NCBI GenBank assembly: GCA_034780895.1
Contig: JAUZTB010000066.1
Location: 11,719,342-11,783,341, forward strand
DNA from: Rhynchobatus australiae
Taxonomy: Eukaryota
Direction of reading: 5' to 3'
Length of the DNA: 64,000 bases
Position 1 is the first letter of the stretch; each line of letters starts with the position of its first letter. Under the pieces are notes generated by a model. That model saw only the letters and a program-made list of their open reading frames with translations. It made no database searches and was not told where the DNA came from. Position numbers and translations under genes: made by a program. Of this stretch, positions 63,546 to 64,000 are shown one piece after another.

Positions 63546-64000
63546 ATATTGCAGCATTTTATGAAAGTAGTTGTCAAAAATACAAAATGAGTAAAAGAGT
63601 GCATGGGCAGACTAGTGTTTCGTGGGTGATCTGTTCCACCTTATTCAGCCTGTTGTCAATACATTTGTTAATAGTGAAAGGCTTTTTATTTTGAAGGAGG
63701 GCAGAGCAATCAACATCATTTTACATAAAAATTAGGAAGAGCAAGTTGAGGGCAGCCTCAGATTGGTGACACCATAATGTGCGAAAAACTCACCTGCATC
63801 AAATTTTGATCAGACCAACCAAACAACGACATTGAAAACCCCACTTGACTATTTTCTGATCTAATTCTCCATCGCGACTTGTGTTTTGACTATTGACAGC
63901 ATGTTGAGGGAATCTTTTTGGAATAATTAGTCATTGTGTTTATCACTGAAGTTTATTACTGTGGAACCTTTTCATTCCAAAATAGTAGATAGGGTCTTGG

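Overview
Eukaryotic (vertebrate) genomic DNA. The repeat content (HE1/V-SINEs, Deu-domain SINEs, CR1/HER1, L2, Rex1/Babar, RTE and Penelope-like remnants) points to a cartilaginous fish, probably an elasmobranch. The window holds a 15-exon DDX52 (ROK1-family DEAD-box RNA helicase) gene on the + strand: ATG at 29509, TAA ending at 55361, about 617 aa once two intra-exonic assembly gaps are reconciled. About 3 kb downstream, a CpG-rich promoter and first coding exon of SYNRG (synergin gamma; 58451-58500) follow, the same DDX52-SYNRG order as in tetrapods. The first ~29 kb is intergenic: decayed retroelements interleaved with several AT/TAAT-rich, apparently repeat-free blocks that look like conserved non-coding enhancers (an HNF1B/LHX1 neighbourhood by synteny, which is inference). 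The most unusual things visible are many minimal hammerhead-ribozyme remnants in Penelope-like elements, an inverted-repeat Penelope-like insertion nested in a CR1 with a target-site duplication, a possible SINE-derived DDX52 stop codon, and a V-SINE carrying two different LINE tails. I found no convincing wholly novel biological system. Repeat family names come from my recall of consensus sequences, and repeat boundaries are approximate.
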